From positions 1,727,417 to 1,791,416 of the forward strand of contig CAVXGK010000001.1 in NCBI GenBank assembly GCA_963761305.1: DNA of 64,000 nt, read 5' to 3'. Of this stretch, positions 54,642-64,000 are shown piece by piece. Source of the stretch: an uncultured Gemmatimonadaceae bacterium (GTDB taxonomy: Bacteria > Gemmatimonadota > Gemmatimonadetes > Gemmatimonadales > Gemmatimonadaceae). The stretch's first letter is position 1. The number at the start of each line of letters is the position of its first letter. The position numbers were made by a program, and so were the translations under genes. A model generated the notes under the pieces. It saw only the letters and a list, made by a program, of their open reading frames with translations, was not told the DNA's origin and made no database searches.

Positions 54642-54673
54642 GGGCCGTTTTCCCTCAAAAACGGTCCAGTTTT
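54642..54673 (+). terminator. Probable terminator after rpsU
   Basis: GGGCCGTTTT-CCCTC-AAAAACGGTCC hairpin followed by AGTTTT. Confidence 0.5.
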
Positions 54674-54862
54674 ATATAACTGGTTAGCGAAGAAGTTATT
54701 TGACGGTTAATTTATAGAAACTTGTCTTCGTAGGTTTAGTTGTAAACACGGCCTTAAAGCCGCGTGGGCCCAAGTGGTAGGGATTCACTTCTGGGATTCC
54801 TGTGGGAGACGTGCGTGCTCTTCTGGATTCCCTGCAGTGAATGCAGGAAAGGGGGCACTCTC

Positions 54863-55174
54863 ATGGAGTTCCAGGACAAGGTTCTCAAGTGCGTGGACTG
54901 CGGCGCCGATTTTATTTTCACCGCAGGCGAACAACTCTTCTTTCACGATAAACAATTCAAGAACGAACCCAAACGCTGCAAAAACTGCAAAGGCAAACGG
55001 GCCCAGGCCCTGGGATTGCCACAGAATGGCGGTAATTACCAGCGCGTTGAAACCAAGGCAGTCTGTTCCGGTTGCCAGCGGGAAACCACCGTGCCGTTCA
55101 AGCCTACGCAGGGACGTCCAGTGTTTTGCCGGGAGTGCTTCCAGCAGCGCAAAGTAACTGCTGCTTCCGCCTAA
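54863..55174 (+). CDS. Zinc-ribbon / CxxC-x17-CxxC domain protein
   Basis: DKVLKCVDCG..F.FTAGEQ.FF...NEPKRCKNC and CSGC...VPFKP..GRPVFCRECF. Confidence 0.92.
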   Translation: MEFQDKVLKCVDCGADFIFTAGEQLFFHDKQFKNEPKRCKNCKGKRAQALGLPQNGGNYQRVETKAVCSGCQRETTVPFKPTQGRPVFCRECFQQRKVTAASA

Positions 55175-55193
55175 GGTTCTCTCTAGAAGCTGT

Positions 55194-55750
55194 TTACCTT
55201 GAACACAACAGGTAGCTGGTCGTACCTTCATGGCTGTCTCGCTCAAGCGGCATGCTCAAAAAGGTATGCCTTCTACTTAGCATGATGCGTTGAGTGCCCG
55301 CCTCAGGCCGGCATCTAAGAGGTTTCTTGGCTGCTGGCGCGTTCTGAGATTTGCCGCCTACTCGCGCTGCTTTTTGCTGCCGCTGGTCTTCATGCTGGAT
55401 CAATAACACCTCAATGCGGCGCAAAAGATCGTCCGTGTTCATGGGCTTTACCAGCATGGAATTGGCGCCCTGGGTTTTCCAGTCGCCACCGAGCAGGGGA
55501 TAAGCCGTAAGGATCGCCACCGCAGGATTGTAATCAGTCTTTTTCGCCGCGCGGATCACGTCATAACCGGCCTTGTCGTGTCCATCTTCATATCGGTAAT
55601 CACCATGTGATAGGTATTGGCTTTCAGCTTGGAAATGGCTTCCTTGGCGGAAACCGCGGTTTCGACCTCGAAATGGTGGATTTCCAGAATCGTTTTGAGT
55701 GTCAGCAGGATGGCCAGTTCGTCGTCAACCAAAAGAATACGGCGTTTCAT
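55194..55750 (-). CDS. Response regulator receiver protein, frameshifted; 3' end uncertain
   Basis: ILLVDDE, VITDMKM, ILTAY and LVKP. Confidence 0.85.
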
Positions 55751-55880
55751 GAGGAACTCCAGTGAGATTCGAAACTGTTGGATCGTGCTAACTTTTTGTC
55801 GCGCTAGTGAGATGCGGCAGCGACCCTAATGGTTGTGAGTAGCTGGAACAGTTCGAACTCTTATATAGACTCCCATTATA

Positions 55881-57268
55881 ATGCTCCTTGTGCCGGGATA
55901 TTTTGTACAAAATTTTGGTTGCCGCGCCACCCAGGCGGATGGCGCAACCTTAGAGCGCCAACTGGCGGCCCCGGCATGACTCCGGCGGGTTCCGCAACGG
56001 AAGCCGAATTGTTGTACTCAATACCTGCACCGTGACCGCTGCAGCCGACCAGGACGCCCGCGCTTCCATTCGGCGTATCCACCGTGAAAACCCAGCGGCA
56101 AGAATTATGGTAACGGGCTGTTATGCCCAGCGCGCGCCCCAGGAGATTGCTGCACTTCCCGGCGTGACCTGGGTGGTGGGAAATTCGCACAAGCATCAGG
56201 TGGCAGAGATCGCGACCGCGCATAATTCGCAAGCAAAAACGCCGCTGCAGAATTTTGTTTCTCTGGAAACAGTGGTTCTTTCCGGCGCCGGCATTCACTC
56301 TGGTGGGAGATATTTTTGCCCATACCGAACTGATTGCCGCTCCGGTCTTTGCCGGCGACGGCATTGCGGAAAAAACCCGGCCTAACCTGAAAGTGCAGGA
56401 TGGCTGCGATAACCGCTGCTCTTTCTGCATTATTCCCAGTGTCCGTGGCCAGAGCCGGTCCATGAGACTGGAGCGGGTGATCGAAGAAGCCAATGCGCTG
56501 GTTGCAGCAGGTTATCGCGAACTGGTGCTGAGCGGCATCAACCTGGGCCGCTGGGGACGCGACTTTCAGCCGCAGCAAAAGTTTGAACAGTTGGTCCGCG
56601 CGCTTCTGGAACATACCGGCATCGAAAAAATCCGCATCAGCTCCGTTGAGCCCATGGACTGGAACGACGAACTCATCGCTCTGGTAGCGCAATCGCCGCG
56701 GATCGCCAAGCATGCGCACGTTCCGTTGCAATCCGGCAGTGACCGCATTCTGCGGCGGATGCACCGCAAGTATCGGCCATGGCATTACGCCGAGAAGATC
56801 AGAAAGATCCATGAAGCCATGCCGGACTCTGCGATCGGCGCCGATGTAATGGTCGGCTTTCCTGGCGAAACCGACGAGTTATTCGAAGAAAGCCGCAGCT
56901 TTATCGAGCATCTGCCGTTTACCTATCTGCATGTGTTCACTTATTCGTCGCGGCCGGGCACGCCTTCGGCCGCCATGCCGAATCAAGTGCCGGTTCATGT
57001 GGCTCGGGAACGCAATCGCATATTGCGCGAACTGGCAGCGGAAAAGAACTTAGCTTTTCGGAAGAGATTCATTGGACGGACGCTGGAAGCCATCACTCTG
57101 CAATCTATTGGCGATGGCTGGACAGAAGCGCTGAGCGACAACTATCTGAAGGTCAGGCTGGCTGGCGAACATGCGCCCAACAAGATATTGAAGGTTGATG
57201 TTATAGATCTTGATAGTGAAAACCTGTTAGCTACCTATTCAACAGCAGCTGCGCTCTGTCCCTTGTGA
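55881..57268 (+). CDS. mtaB: tRNA t6A methylthiotransferase MtaB, frameshifted
   Basis: NFGCRATQAD, NTC.VT, VTGCYAQ, KVQDGCDNRCSFCIIP, PLQSG, VGFPGET and HVFTYSSRPGT. Confidence 0.92.
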
Positions 57269-57446
57269 AAAACGAAGCATCAAAAAAGCCAACGATAATG
57301 CATGCGTCCTAGATAGCCGATCACTACCGCACAAACTCTATTACATTCAAGTAATAACTTCTAAATCGAACCTATATTAATTTTGGCTTCTGCTGATTAG
57401 TAGCTTGATTTAGGTTTCATCTCAGGTTAACTTACTCTCGACCCAC

Positions 57447-57756
57447 TTGAAAAAATCATCCCAAATCCATCTTGGCCTGCTGGCCACGCTTGCGCTCTCA
57501 CTCACGTCCTGCGGGAGAAAAAGAGATGCAGAGGTGCGTTGACGACCATCAGACCGTGGCTGACGATTCACGATGCATTTCCAATCAAGTGGGATACCAC
57601 TGGTACTACGGCGGCGGCGGCAGTTACACGCACGGCACGTTTGTTTCGGGCGGAAGTTATTCGCCTCATTCCGGCTATAGTGGAGTGACCTCATCCAGCG
57701 TGAGTCGAGGCGGTTTTGGCAGCTCCGGTGGGCACGGCGGTAGCGGAGGCGAATGA
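57447..57756 (+). CDS. YgiB/DUF1190-like lipoprotein, frameshifted
   Basis: MKKSSQIHLGLLATLALSLTSC lipobox; C-terminal VSRGGFG; overlaps the downstream GSP-synthase gene. Confidence 0.75.
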
Positions 57757-58898
57757 GACGCCTTACTGTCACGCCTCGGGACAACTGGCAAAAGAAGGTC
57801 GCACGCGCAGGACTTCTCTATCACACGCCAGCCAATGGTGCGGGCGAGCCCACGCCTTACTGGGATGAATCTGCTTATTACCAGTTCTCTTCCAGAGAAG
57901 TGGATGTACTGGAAAAAGCCACCAATGATTTGCAGGCCATGTGTCTTGAGGCAGGACAATTCATCATCGATAAAAACCGGTTTACAGATTTAGATATTCC
58001 CGCAAGTGCCATTCCGGCTATTCGGCAGACATGGGAAGAAGAGCCACCGGCAATTTACGGCCGTTTTGATTTGGCCTATGACGGATCGGGACCGCCCAAA
58101 CTGCTGGAATACAACGCTGACACGCCCACATCCCTTGTAGAAGCAGCAGTGATTCAGTGGGAATGGCTTGAGGACTGCTTCCCTGGCTCAGACCAGTTCA
58201 ATTCAATCCATGAGCGCCTGATCGCCAAATGGAAAGAGCTCAGGGATTACGCTGCATCTCCTGTGTATTTTGCCGCGCTCCACGACATGGAAGACATCAT
58301 TACCGTGACGTACATGGAAGACACAGCTCAACAGGCTGGACTTAAAACAAAAAGAATTTTGATACCGGACATAGGCTGGGACAGCGCTAAGCATTGCTTC
58401 GTGGATCTGGACGAAAAGGTTATCAAGACGGTCTTCAAGCTCTATCCCTGGGAGATGATGCTGCGAGACGAGTTTGGCAGCCATGTGTTGGAAACTTCCC
58501 GTGCGGTGCAGTGGATGGAGCCGATCTGGAAAATGATGTTTTCGAACAAAGGCTTGCTGGCGATCTTGTGGGAGATGTATCCAGGGCATGCGAATTTGCT
58601 GGAGGCCCATCTGGATGGCCCAGAAAAAATGACGGAATATGTACAGAAACCGCTTTTAGGACGAGAAGGCGCGAACATTATCCTGAAAACCGCTCACGGT
58701 GACACATCCACTTCCGGCCCCTACGACGATGGGCGCTACGTTTACCAGGCTGTGGCTCCCATTCCCCAGATAAAATCGCGCTATCCAGTGATTGGCAGCT
58801 GGGTGATTGATGGCGAGGCAGCCGGCATGGGCATACGCGAATCGAGCGGGATGATTACTGATAACCTGAGTAGGTTTGTTCCTCACCGTTTTGAGTAA
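57753..58898 (+). CDS. Glutathionylspermidine synthase-family ATP-grasp protein (YgiC-like)
   Basis: YWDESAYY, YGRFDL, LEYNADTPTSL, FKLYPWE, KPLLGREG and FVPH. Confidence 0.93.
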   Translation: MRRLTVTPRDNWQKKVARAGLLYHTPANGAGEPTPYWDESAYYQFSSREVDVLEKATNDLQAMCLEAGQFIIDKNRFTDLDIPASAIPAIRQTWEEEPPAIYGRFDLAYDGSGPPKLLEYNADTPTSLVEAAVIQWEWLEDCFPGSDQFNSIHERLIAKWKELRDYAASPVYFAALHDMEDIITVTYMEDTAQQAGLKTKRILIPDIGWDSAKHCFVDLDEKVIKTVFKLYPWEMMLRDEFGSHVLETSRAVQWMEPIWKMMFSNKGLLAILWEMYPGHANLLEAHLDGPEKMTEYVQKPLLGREGANIILKTAHGDTSTSGPYDDGRYVYQAVAPIPQIKSRYPVIGSWVIDGEAAGMGIRESSGMITDNLSRFVPHRFE

Positions 58899-58920
58899 CC
58901 GCTCTGGCCGCAATGCCCCA

Positions 58921-58929
58921 TGCTATAAT
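58921..58929 (+). promoter_or_regulatory. Extended -10 promoter for infC-rpmI-rplT
   Basis: TGCTATAAT (TGnTATAAT) about 80 nt upstream of infC. Confidence 0.6.
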
Positions 58930-59010
58930 TTTCTAGTCTTGCCACAGTGTGTGGCGCCCTCCGCAATTCCACTAAAAACGTGAGTTTGCCGGAAGGTTCA
59001 GGAGGATCGC

Positions 59011-59619
59011 ATAGATAAACGCTTTATTAAGATGAATGAGCGCATCCGCGCGCGGGAAATCCGCGTGATCGGACCAGACGGCGAGCAGCTTGGCATTATG
59101 ACGCCGCAGGATGCGACCAGAAAGGCCCGCGAGCAAAGCCTTGACCTCGTGGAGATTTCGGCCACGGCTGTGCCCCCTGTATGCAGGATCATGGACTACG
59201 GCAAGTTCCTCTATGAGCAGGAAAAGAAGGAACGGGCCGCCAAGAAGAACCAGAAACAGATCGTCCTGAAAGAAGTGAAATTCAGCGTCAACGTAGACGA
59301 GCACGATTATGTGACCAAAAGGAACCACGTGCTGCGTTTTCTGAATGAAGGCGACAAGGTGAAAGCCAGCCTGCGCTTCCGCGGACGCGAAATGGCCCAC
59401 CAGAACCTGGGACGCAAGGTGCTGGAGCGGTTGATTAATGAAGTGGGCGACAAAGGAATTGTGGAGTTCAGGCCGCGCATGGAAGGCAATACCGTGCACG
59501 TGATTCTGGCTCCGCCCCGTCAGGTACCCGGCGCAGCCCCCAAGAAGCCGGAGAGGCCTCCTCAGCAGCAACAACAGGCTGGCGGACAGCCACAGACCGG
59601 GGCAGTGAAGAGCAGCTAG
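59011..59619 (+). CDS. infC: Translation initiation factor IF-3 (probable non-canonical ATA start)
   Basis: NERIRAREIRVI, PPVCRIMDYGK and FRGRE; GGAGG lies 5 nt before an in-frame ATA at 59011. Confidence 0.96.
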   Translation: MDKRFIKMNERIRAREIRVIGPDGEQLGIMTPQDATRKAREQSLDLVEISATAVPPVCRIMDYGKFLYEQEKKERAAKKNQKQIVLKEVKFSVNVDEHDYVTKRNHVLRFLNEGDKVKASLRFRGREMAHQNLGRKVLERLINEVGDKGIVEFRPRMEGNTVHVILAPPRQVPGAAPKKPERPPQQQQQAGGQPQTGAVKSS

Positions 59620-59732
59620 AAAAAAAATTTTAAATCACACCGTAAGACAAGTGAGACAGAAAGAATTCGAACTGCCGTAGCAACGAGTCAAAAGCTAATT
59701 GCTAACGGCTAATTACTAAGTACTGAGATTTT

Positions 59733-59927
59733 ATGCCTAAACTAAAAACGCACAAAGGCGCAGCAAAACGCTTTAAGAAAACCGCGACCGGCAAGATCAA
59801 GCGCGGCAAAGCGTTCAAACGCCATATCCTTACCTCCAAGGCGACCAAGCGCAAACGCCACCTCGATACCGATACACTGGTGAGCGACGCTGACGCGCCA
59901 AAAGTCCGGAGAATGATCCCGTACTAA
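59733..59927 (+). CDS. rpmI: 50S ribosomal protein L35
   Basis: [17 protein letters not shown]. Confidence 0.98.
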   Translation: MPKLKTHKGAAKRFKKTATGKIKRGKAFKRHILTSKATKRKRHLDTDTLVSDADAPKVRRMIPY

Positions 59928-60097
59928 ATTCGGGACAGAGTTCGGCCCGCCTGATTCCATCAGCGCTGAGGCCGGCCTGAAAAAAGAGCTCAATCAGCAA
60001 GATCAAGTTGAGCTCACCGCGCGTGAACAGGGACCTGAACCTTCCCTGCAGCCGCGAATAACCGCCGGGAAATCCGGCACAAAAAAGGGAGCAACAC

Positions 60098-60466
60098 ATG
60101 CCTCGCGTAAAACGTGGTACTAAACGCCGCCAGCGCCGCAAAAAGATACTTGAACGCGCCAGCGGGTATTTTCTAACAAAATCAAAACTTTATCGCGCCG
60201 CCAAAGAATCGGTGGAGCGCGGACTGAAGTTCGCCTACTGCGGCCGCAAGCAGAAGAAACGCCAGTACCGGTCGATCTGGATCGTCCGCATTGGTGCAGC
60301 TTCCCGCGCCCTGGGTCTGAGCTATAACCAGTTCATCAGCGGCCTGAAGAAAGCCGGCGTGGAACTGGACCGCAAGATCCTGGCAGATATCGCGACAAAT
60401 GACTCTGCCGGCTTCACCGCATTGGTGGAAACGGCCAAGCGCGCGAACGAAAAAGCGACTGCCTAA
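60098..60466 (+). CDS. rplT: 50S ribosomal protein L20
   Basis: MPRVKRG...WIVRIGAA...LDRKILAD. Confidence 0.98.
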   Translation: MPRVKRGTKRRQRRKKILERASGYFLTKSKLYRAAKESVERGLKFAYCGRKQKKRQYRSIWIVRIGAASRALGLSYNQFISGLKKAGVELDRKILADIATNDSAGFTALVETAKRANEKATA

Positions 60467-60484
60467 GCGAATCCATTCATCTAC

Positions 60485-60523
60485 AAAAAAGCGGTCAAGC
60501 CAGTAAATGGCCTGACCGCTTTT
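60485..60523 (+). terminator. Rho-independent terminator
   Basis: AAAAAAGCGGTCAAGCCA-GTAAA-TGGCCTGACCGCTTTTT. Confidence 0.85.
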
Positions 60524-60811
60524 TGCATACAGCGGAAATCACTTCAATAAAATCCTAATTCTCTAGTCGATTCTGCTGGTTCTCGCCCACAAGAGCAGTT
60601 CCCTACCAACGGAAATATCCCTTAGGGAAACAAGTGAAAACTATTGCAAACATGCCGAGCGCAATTTGCTGCAGATGATCCCTTTTACTCACTCTGTAAG
60701 GGGTGATCTTTCTTGTGAACAAAATTCACCGGGGCTATAATCTGGCCAACGTTAACGCCACTTCAGCCCCAGAACAATCGTGGCGCTTCATTTACAACAC
60801 GGGAAGCCATT

Positions 60812-63085
60812 TTGTTGACGGCGGGCACAAAACTTGGACACTACGTCATCTCCGCTCCCCTTGGCGCAGGCGGCATGGGAGAGGTGTATCTGGCGCATGA
60901 TGCTCGTCTGAATCGTGACGTCGCCATCAAAGTCCTCCCCGCGAACCGTAGTCTGGATGATATGGCGCGCCAGCGCTTTTTGAGGGAAGCCCGCGCGGCT
61001 TCTGCCTTGAATCACCCCAACATTATTACGATTTATGAAACTGATTCGCATGATGGCGTGGCCTACATTGCGATGGAATATGTTCGTGGCCACACTCTTT
61101 CATCTCTTATCGGGCATGGGCTGCCTGACTCAGATGCGATCGGTTATGCGATACAGATCGCGGATGCGCTGGCGAAAGCCCATGCCGCAGGGATCGTCCA
61201 TCGCGATCTGAAGCCTGGCAATATCATGATTACCGAAGATGGCCTGGTAAAGGTGCTCGATTTTGGCCTGGCCAAGGTTGGGCAGGTAACCAAGCATGCC
61301 ACGGCCGGCGGACCGCCCAGTTCGGATGATACAGGCTCTCTTCTGAGCATGCCGGGAAGCACGCTGGGGACACTTGCTTACATGTCACCGGAGCAGGCGC
61401 GCGGCGAGGCCGTTGACGCCCGCTCCGACATCTTCTCCTTCGGCACGGTCCTGTTTCAGATGCTCACGCGAGAGCTGCCCTTTGACGGGGACAATCTTCT
61501 CGCCATCCTGCACAACCTGCATTTCGGAGCACCCAAGGACATCCGTTATCTCCGCCCTGATCTGGCCCCGCCTATTGCATTGATTGTCGGCAGGTGCTTG
61601 CGGAAGGAGCCTCAAGACCGCTACCAGAATACTGCCGAACTTGGTCGCGATTTGCGTGCTGCTCAGGGACATGGGTCATCGATTATGGCCGGTTCTTCGT
61701 CGGCGGCCACGATCTCAATAGAAACCGTCCCTGATAAGTTTTCTCCTTTGGTCGCTAAGCCCGGCGTGGGCCATAGAAAATGGGGGGTAGCTATTGGGGC
61801 GGCTTTGGCAGCGATTACCATCGCAGTGGCGATTTTTTCCGTGCGGCGACACGCGAGCGAGTCACAAAATGCGCCAAGTGCCCAGCCCGTTGCAAACAGT
61901 GCCGCGCCGTCTGTCGCGGATACACCTTTCGCATTGCGCACTCAGGCACAGGCTTATCTGGAGCGATGGGATGTTCCCACGAATCTGGATAGCGCCGTCA
62001 CCATGCTGAACCGGGCGCTCGAGCTCGACCACGGCTACGCTCCCGCATATGCAAGTTTGACTTTTGCTTATTTTGAAAAGAACCGCATCAGCCCCGATCG
62101 CCAATGGGCAAAACAAGCCACCCAATCAGCAGCGCGCGCTCTGCAACTGGATCCTGCGCTCGCGGACTCCCACATGGCTGCCGGCGTTGCCGCGATGTTA
62201 GGCGGACACAACAACGAAGCTGAACGAGAATTCCGCAAAGCTGCTGACCTGGATCCGAAGAGTTCCCGGCCATACCGCTGGCTGGGTTTTATGTTCAATA
62301 GCATGGGTAAAGGGAAGGCTGCGGAGCTGGAACTTCATCGGGCACTCACACTCAATCCTGCGGACTGGCGTGCCAGCATGAACCTGGGTCTGCTTTTCTA
62401 CAAGACCGCACGCTATGAGGAAGCAGTGGATGCCTGGCAAAAGGTGAGCAAGCTTACGCCCGACAACTTCGTGATTCTAGGTAACCTTGCCGCTGCGTAC
62501 CACATGATGGACCGTGATGACGACGCTGCTTCGGCCCTTCAGCGTTCACTGGAGATCAAGCCCGATGCCTACGCTTACGGCAATCTGGGCACACTGCGTT
62601 TCTTCCAGGGGCGCTATGACGATGCGGTTCCAGCCTTCGAAAAGGCCGTGAAAATGGAACCCGGTGAATACTTGTGGTGGGGAAACCTTGGCGACGCTTA
62701 CCGCTGGGCGCCAGGACAGGCAGCCAAAGCGAAGCCAGCGTATGAAAATGCCATCCGGCAACTCCGGGAAAATATTGCCGCACACCCGGATGACCTGGAT
62801 TTACAAAGTACCCTGGCTCTGTATCTGGCAAAGCATGGCGATAAACAGGAAGCGCTGGACCAACTTAAAGCCGGAGATGCCGCACTCAAGAAGACGCCCA
62901 TCATCCTGTTTAGATCAGCTGTGGTGTATGAGATCTCCGGAGAGCGAGAGAAAGCACTCGATGCCATCTCTGCGGCACTTAAATCAGGCTACGCCCCGAA
63001 GGAAATCAAAAACGAGCCAGAACTCGTGGCCCTGCGAGCGGACAGCCGCTACCAGATGATGCTGGCGACTCTGCCTAAAAAATAA
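60812..63085 (+). CDS. Ser/Thr protein kinase with TM helix and TPR repeats
   Basis: GAGGMGEVY, HRDLKPGN, DFGLAK and YMSPEQ; TM helix; many TPRs. Confidence 0.95.
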   Translation: MLTAGTKLGHYVISAPLGAGGMGEVYLAHDARLNRDVAIKVLPANRSLDDMARQRFLREARAASALNHPNIITIYETDSHDGVAYIAMEYVRGHTLSSLIGHGLPDSDAIGYAIQIADALAKAHAAGIVHRDLKPGNIMITEDGLVKVLDFGLAKVGQVTKHATAGGPPSSDDTGSLLSMPGSTLGTLAYMSPEQARGEAVDARSDIFSFGTVLFQMLTRELPFDGDNLLAILHNLHFGAPKDIRYLRPDLAPPIALIVGRCLRKEPQDRYQNTAELGRDLRAAQGHGSSIMAGSSSAATISIETVPDKFSPLVAKPGVGHRKWGVAIGAALAAITIAVAIFSVRRHASESQNAPSAQPVANSAAPSVADTPFALRTQAQAYLERWDVPTNLDSAVTMLNRALELDHGYAPAYASLTFAYFEKNRISPDRQWAKQATQSAARALQLDPALADSHMAAGVAAMLGGHNNEAEREFRKAADLDPKSSRPYRWLGFMFNSMGKGKAAELELHRALTLNPADWRASMNLGLLFYKTARYEEAVDAWQKVSKLTPDNFVILGNLAAAYHMMDRDDDAASALQRSLEIKPDAYAYGNLGTLRFFQGRYDDAVPAFEKAVKMEPGEYLWWGNLGDAYRWAPGQAAKAKPAYENAIRQLRENIAAHPDDLDLQSTLALYLAKHGDKQEALDQLKAGDAALKKTPIILFRSAVVYEISGEREKALDAISAALKSGYAPKEIKNEPELVALRADSRYQMMLATLPKK

Positions 63086-63092
63086 GCTACCC

Positions 63093-63776
63093 TCAGCCCC
63101 TGACGCCCATCTCAGGATCGTGCCCATAGGCGAACTGGTGCTGGACGTTGTTTTCCGTGAAGTAAACGTTCGCGCCCACATTGAAAGAGTAAGTGCTGTG
63201 GCGGTTGGGCTGATGGGGATGCCCTTGTCCCTTCTGGCCAATCCCGTTCTGCGAAAGGCGGCCAAGGTAAAAAATAAAGGAGCCGTCTGGTCCGGGGGTA
63301 GTCGATCGGTGAGAGAAAGCAGGCCGCGGTGAATGAATTCCAGATCCATGGTGAGGCGCCAGAAAAACAAAGGGTGACGCCAGGGTAGCTCCGCCGTGGT
63401 CCGGGGTATTTGGACGCCCAAAAACGACCAAGGATTCAAGGGTCATCTTCACGCCTTCCGGCCACATCGGCCAAAGGCGTCCCCAACTGCCATCAGCCGC
63501 CATCCGGACATAGATATCGTCGCCTAAATTGCAAACAAAGCTTGCCTGGCCGTTGTGCGGGTTATCAGGGACCGGTTGCGGTGGTATCTTGTGTATCAGA
63601 TTGGACGCTTCCATCACCTGGTCCTGCGCTGGCGCTACGGCCGGCCAGCCTGTACCCATTGAGTACCAAACCTTGGATCGTTCGCGAGCGTTGGGGTTGT
63701 CGTCAACAAATAATCCGCTGGCCGAGATAGCGGCGGCCGGTTTCGAATAATGCAAATTCAATAGATACCCGGACAT
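63093..63776 (-). CDS. Hypothetical protein
   Basis: 227-aa ORF with a GGAGG RBS, convergent with the kinase; beta-rich, ends YGHDPEMGV. Confidence 0.65.
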   Translation of the reverse strand: MSGYLLNLHYSKPAAAISASGLFVDDNPNARERSKVWYSMGTGWPAVAPAQDQVMEASNLIHKIPPQPVPDNPHNGQASFVCNLGDDIYVRMAADGSWGRLWPMWPEGVKMTLESLVVFGRPNTPDHGGATLASPFVFLAPHHGSGIHSPRPAFSHRSTTPGPDGSFIFYLGRLSQNGIGQKGQGHPHQPNRHSTYSFNVGANVYFTENNVQHQFAYGHDPEMGVRG

Positions 63777-64000
63777 GGATCCCTCCGTCTCGCCGCCCTC
63801 GGCAGTTATTGGTTCAGGTTAATTATCAGGCTTAGCCCCTAACGCCCATTTCCGGATCGTGTCCGTACGTGTATTGAGTTTGAATACCACTCACGGTCTG
63901 GATCAACGTTGCACCTACAATAAAAGAGTAAAGGCAGGTGCGTCCGCCGTTCGGGCCCTGGCCATTGCCTTTTTGACCAATTCCATTCTGTTGCGGTTGC

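Noticed and set aside
4141..57756. Widespread pseudogenisation or programmed frameshifting
   Set aside because: Single-base indels hit many unrelated genes, including gltA, mtaB and the ABC transporter, in both halves; sequencing error is the simplest explanation.

Overview
The window looks like two unrelated DNA pieces joined at about 31,220. Both carry many single-base frameshifts in conserved genes, which is typical of uncorrected long-read sequence. The left part (1-31.2 kb) is very GC-rich and Gemmatimonadota-like by gene style. It starts with a cupin, a Ser/Thr kinase-propeller flanked by two palindromic repeat elements, an M14 peptidase and an FN3 lipoprotein. A defence/stress island follows: Uma2, a GHKL ATPase, Fic, HicB/DUF2442/DUF4160 toxin-antitoxin genes, DUF4236, envelope proteins, a PafB/PafC-like WYL pair, a PD-(D/E)XK nuclease, McrBC, a putative HEPN protein, YbjN, a TM0106 nuclease-helicase and Vsr-MORC-Z1 (truncated). 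The best finding is three intergenic copies of GACTGTCAGA, in which TGTCAG is followed 10 nt later by a -10 hexamer. This is the geometry of the mycobacterial PafBC-activated (RecA-NDp) promoter. The copies sit in front of the McrBC/HEPN operon (which runs on into pafBC), the divergent nuclease-helicase, and an envelope/TA cassette, suggesting a PafBC-activated defence regulon outside Actinobacteria. The right part (31.2-64 kb) has lower GC and is Acidobacteriota-like. It is mostly housekeeping and signalling genes (mazG, a diguanylate cyclase, GH57, glpD, mnmA, iscS, gltA, an ABC transporter, rpsU, mtaB, infC-rpmI-rplT, a kinase-TPR) plus an AT-richer SIR2-STAND-TPR (Avs-like) gene. No CRISPR array, tRNA, rRNA, integrase or transposase was recognised. 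Family names come from motif recognition by eye; no searches were run.
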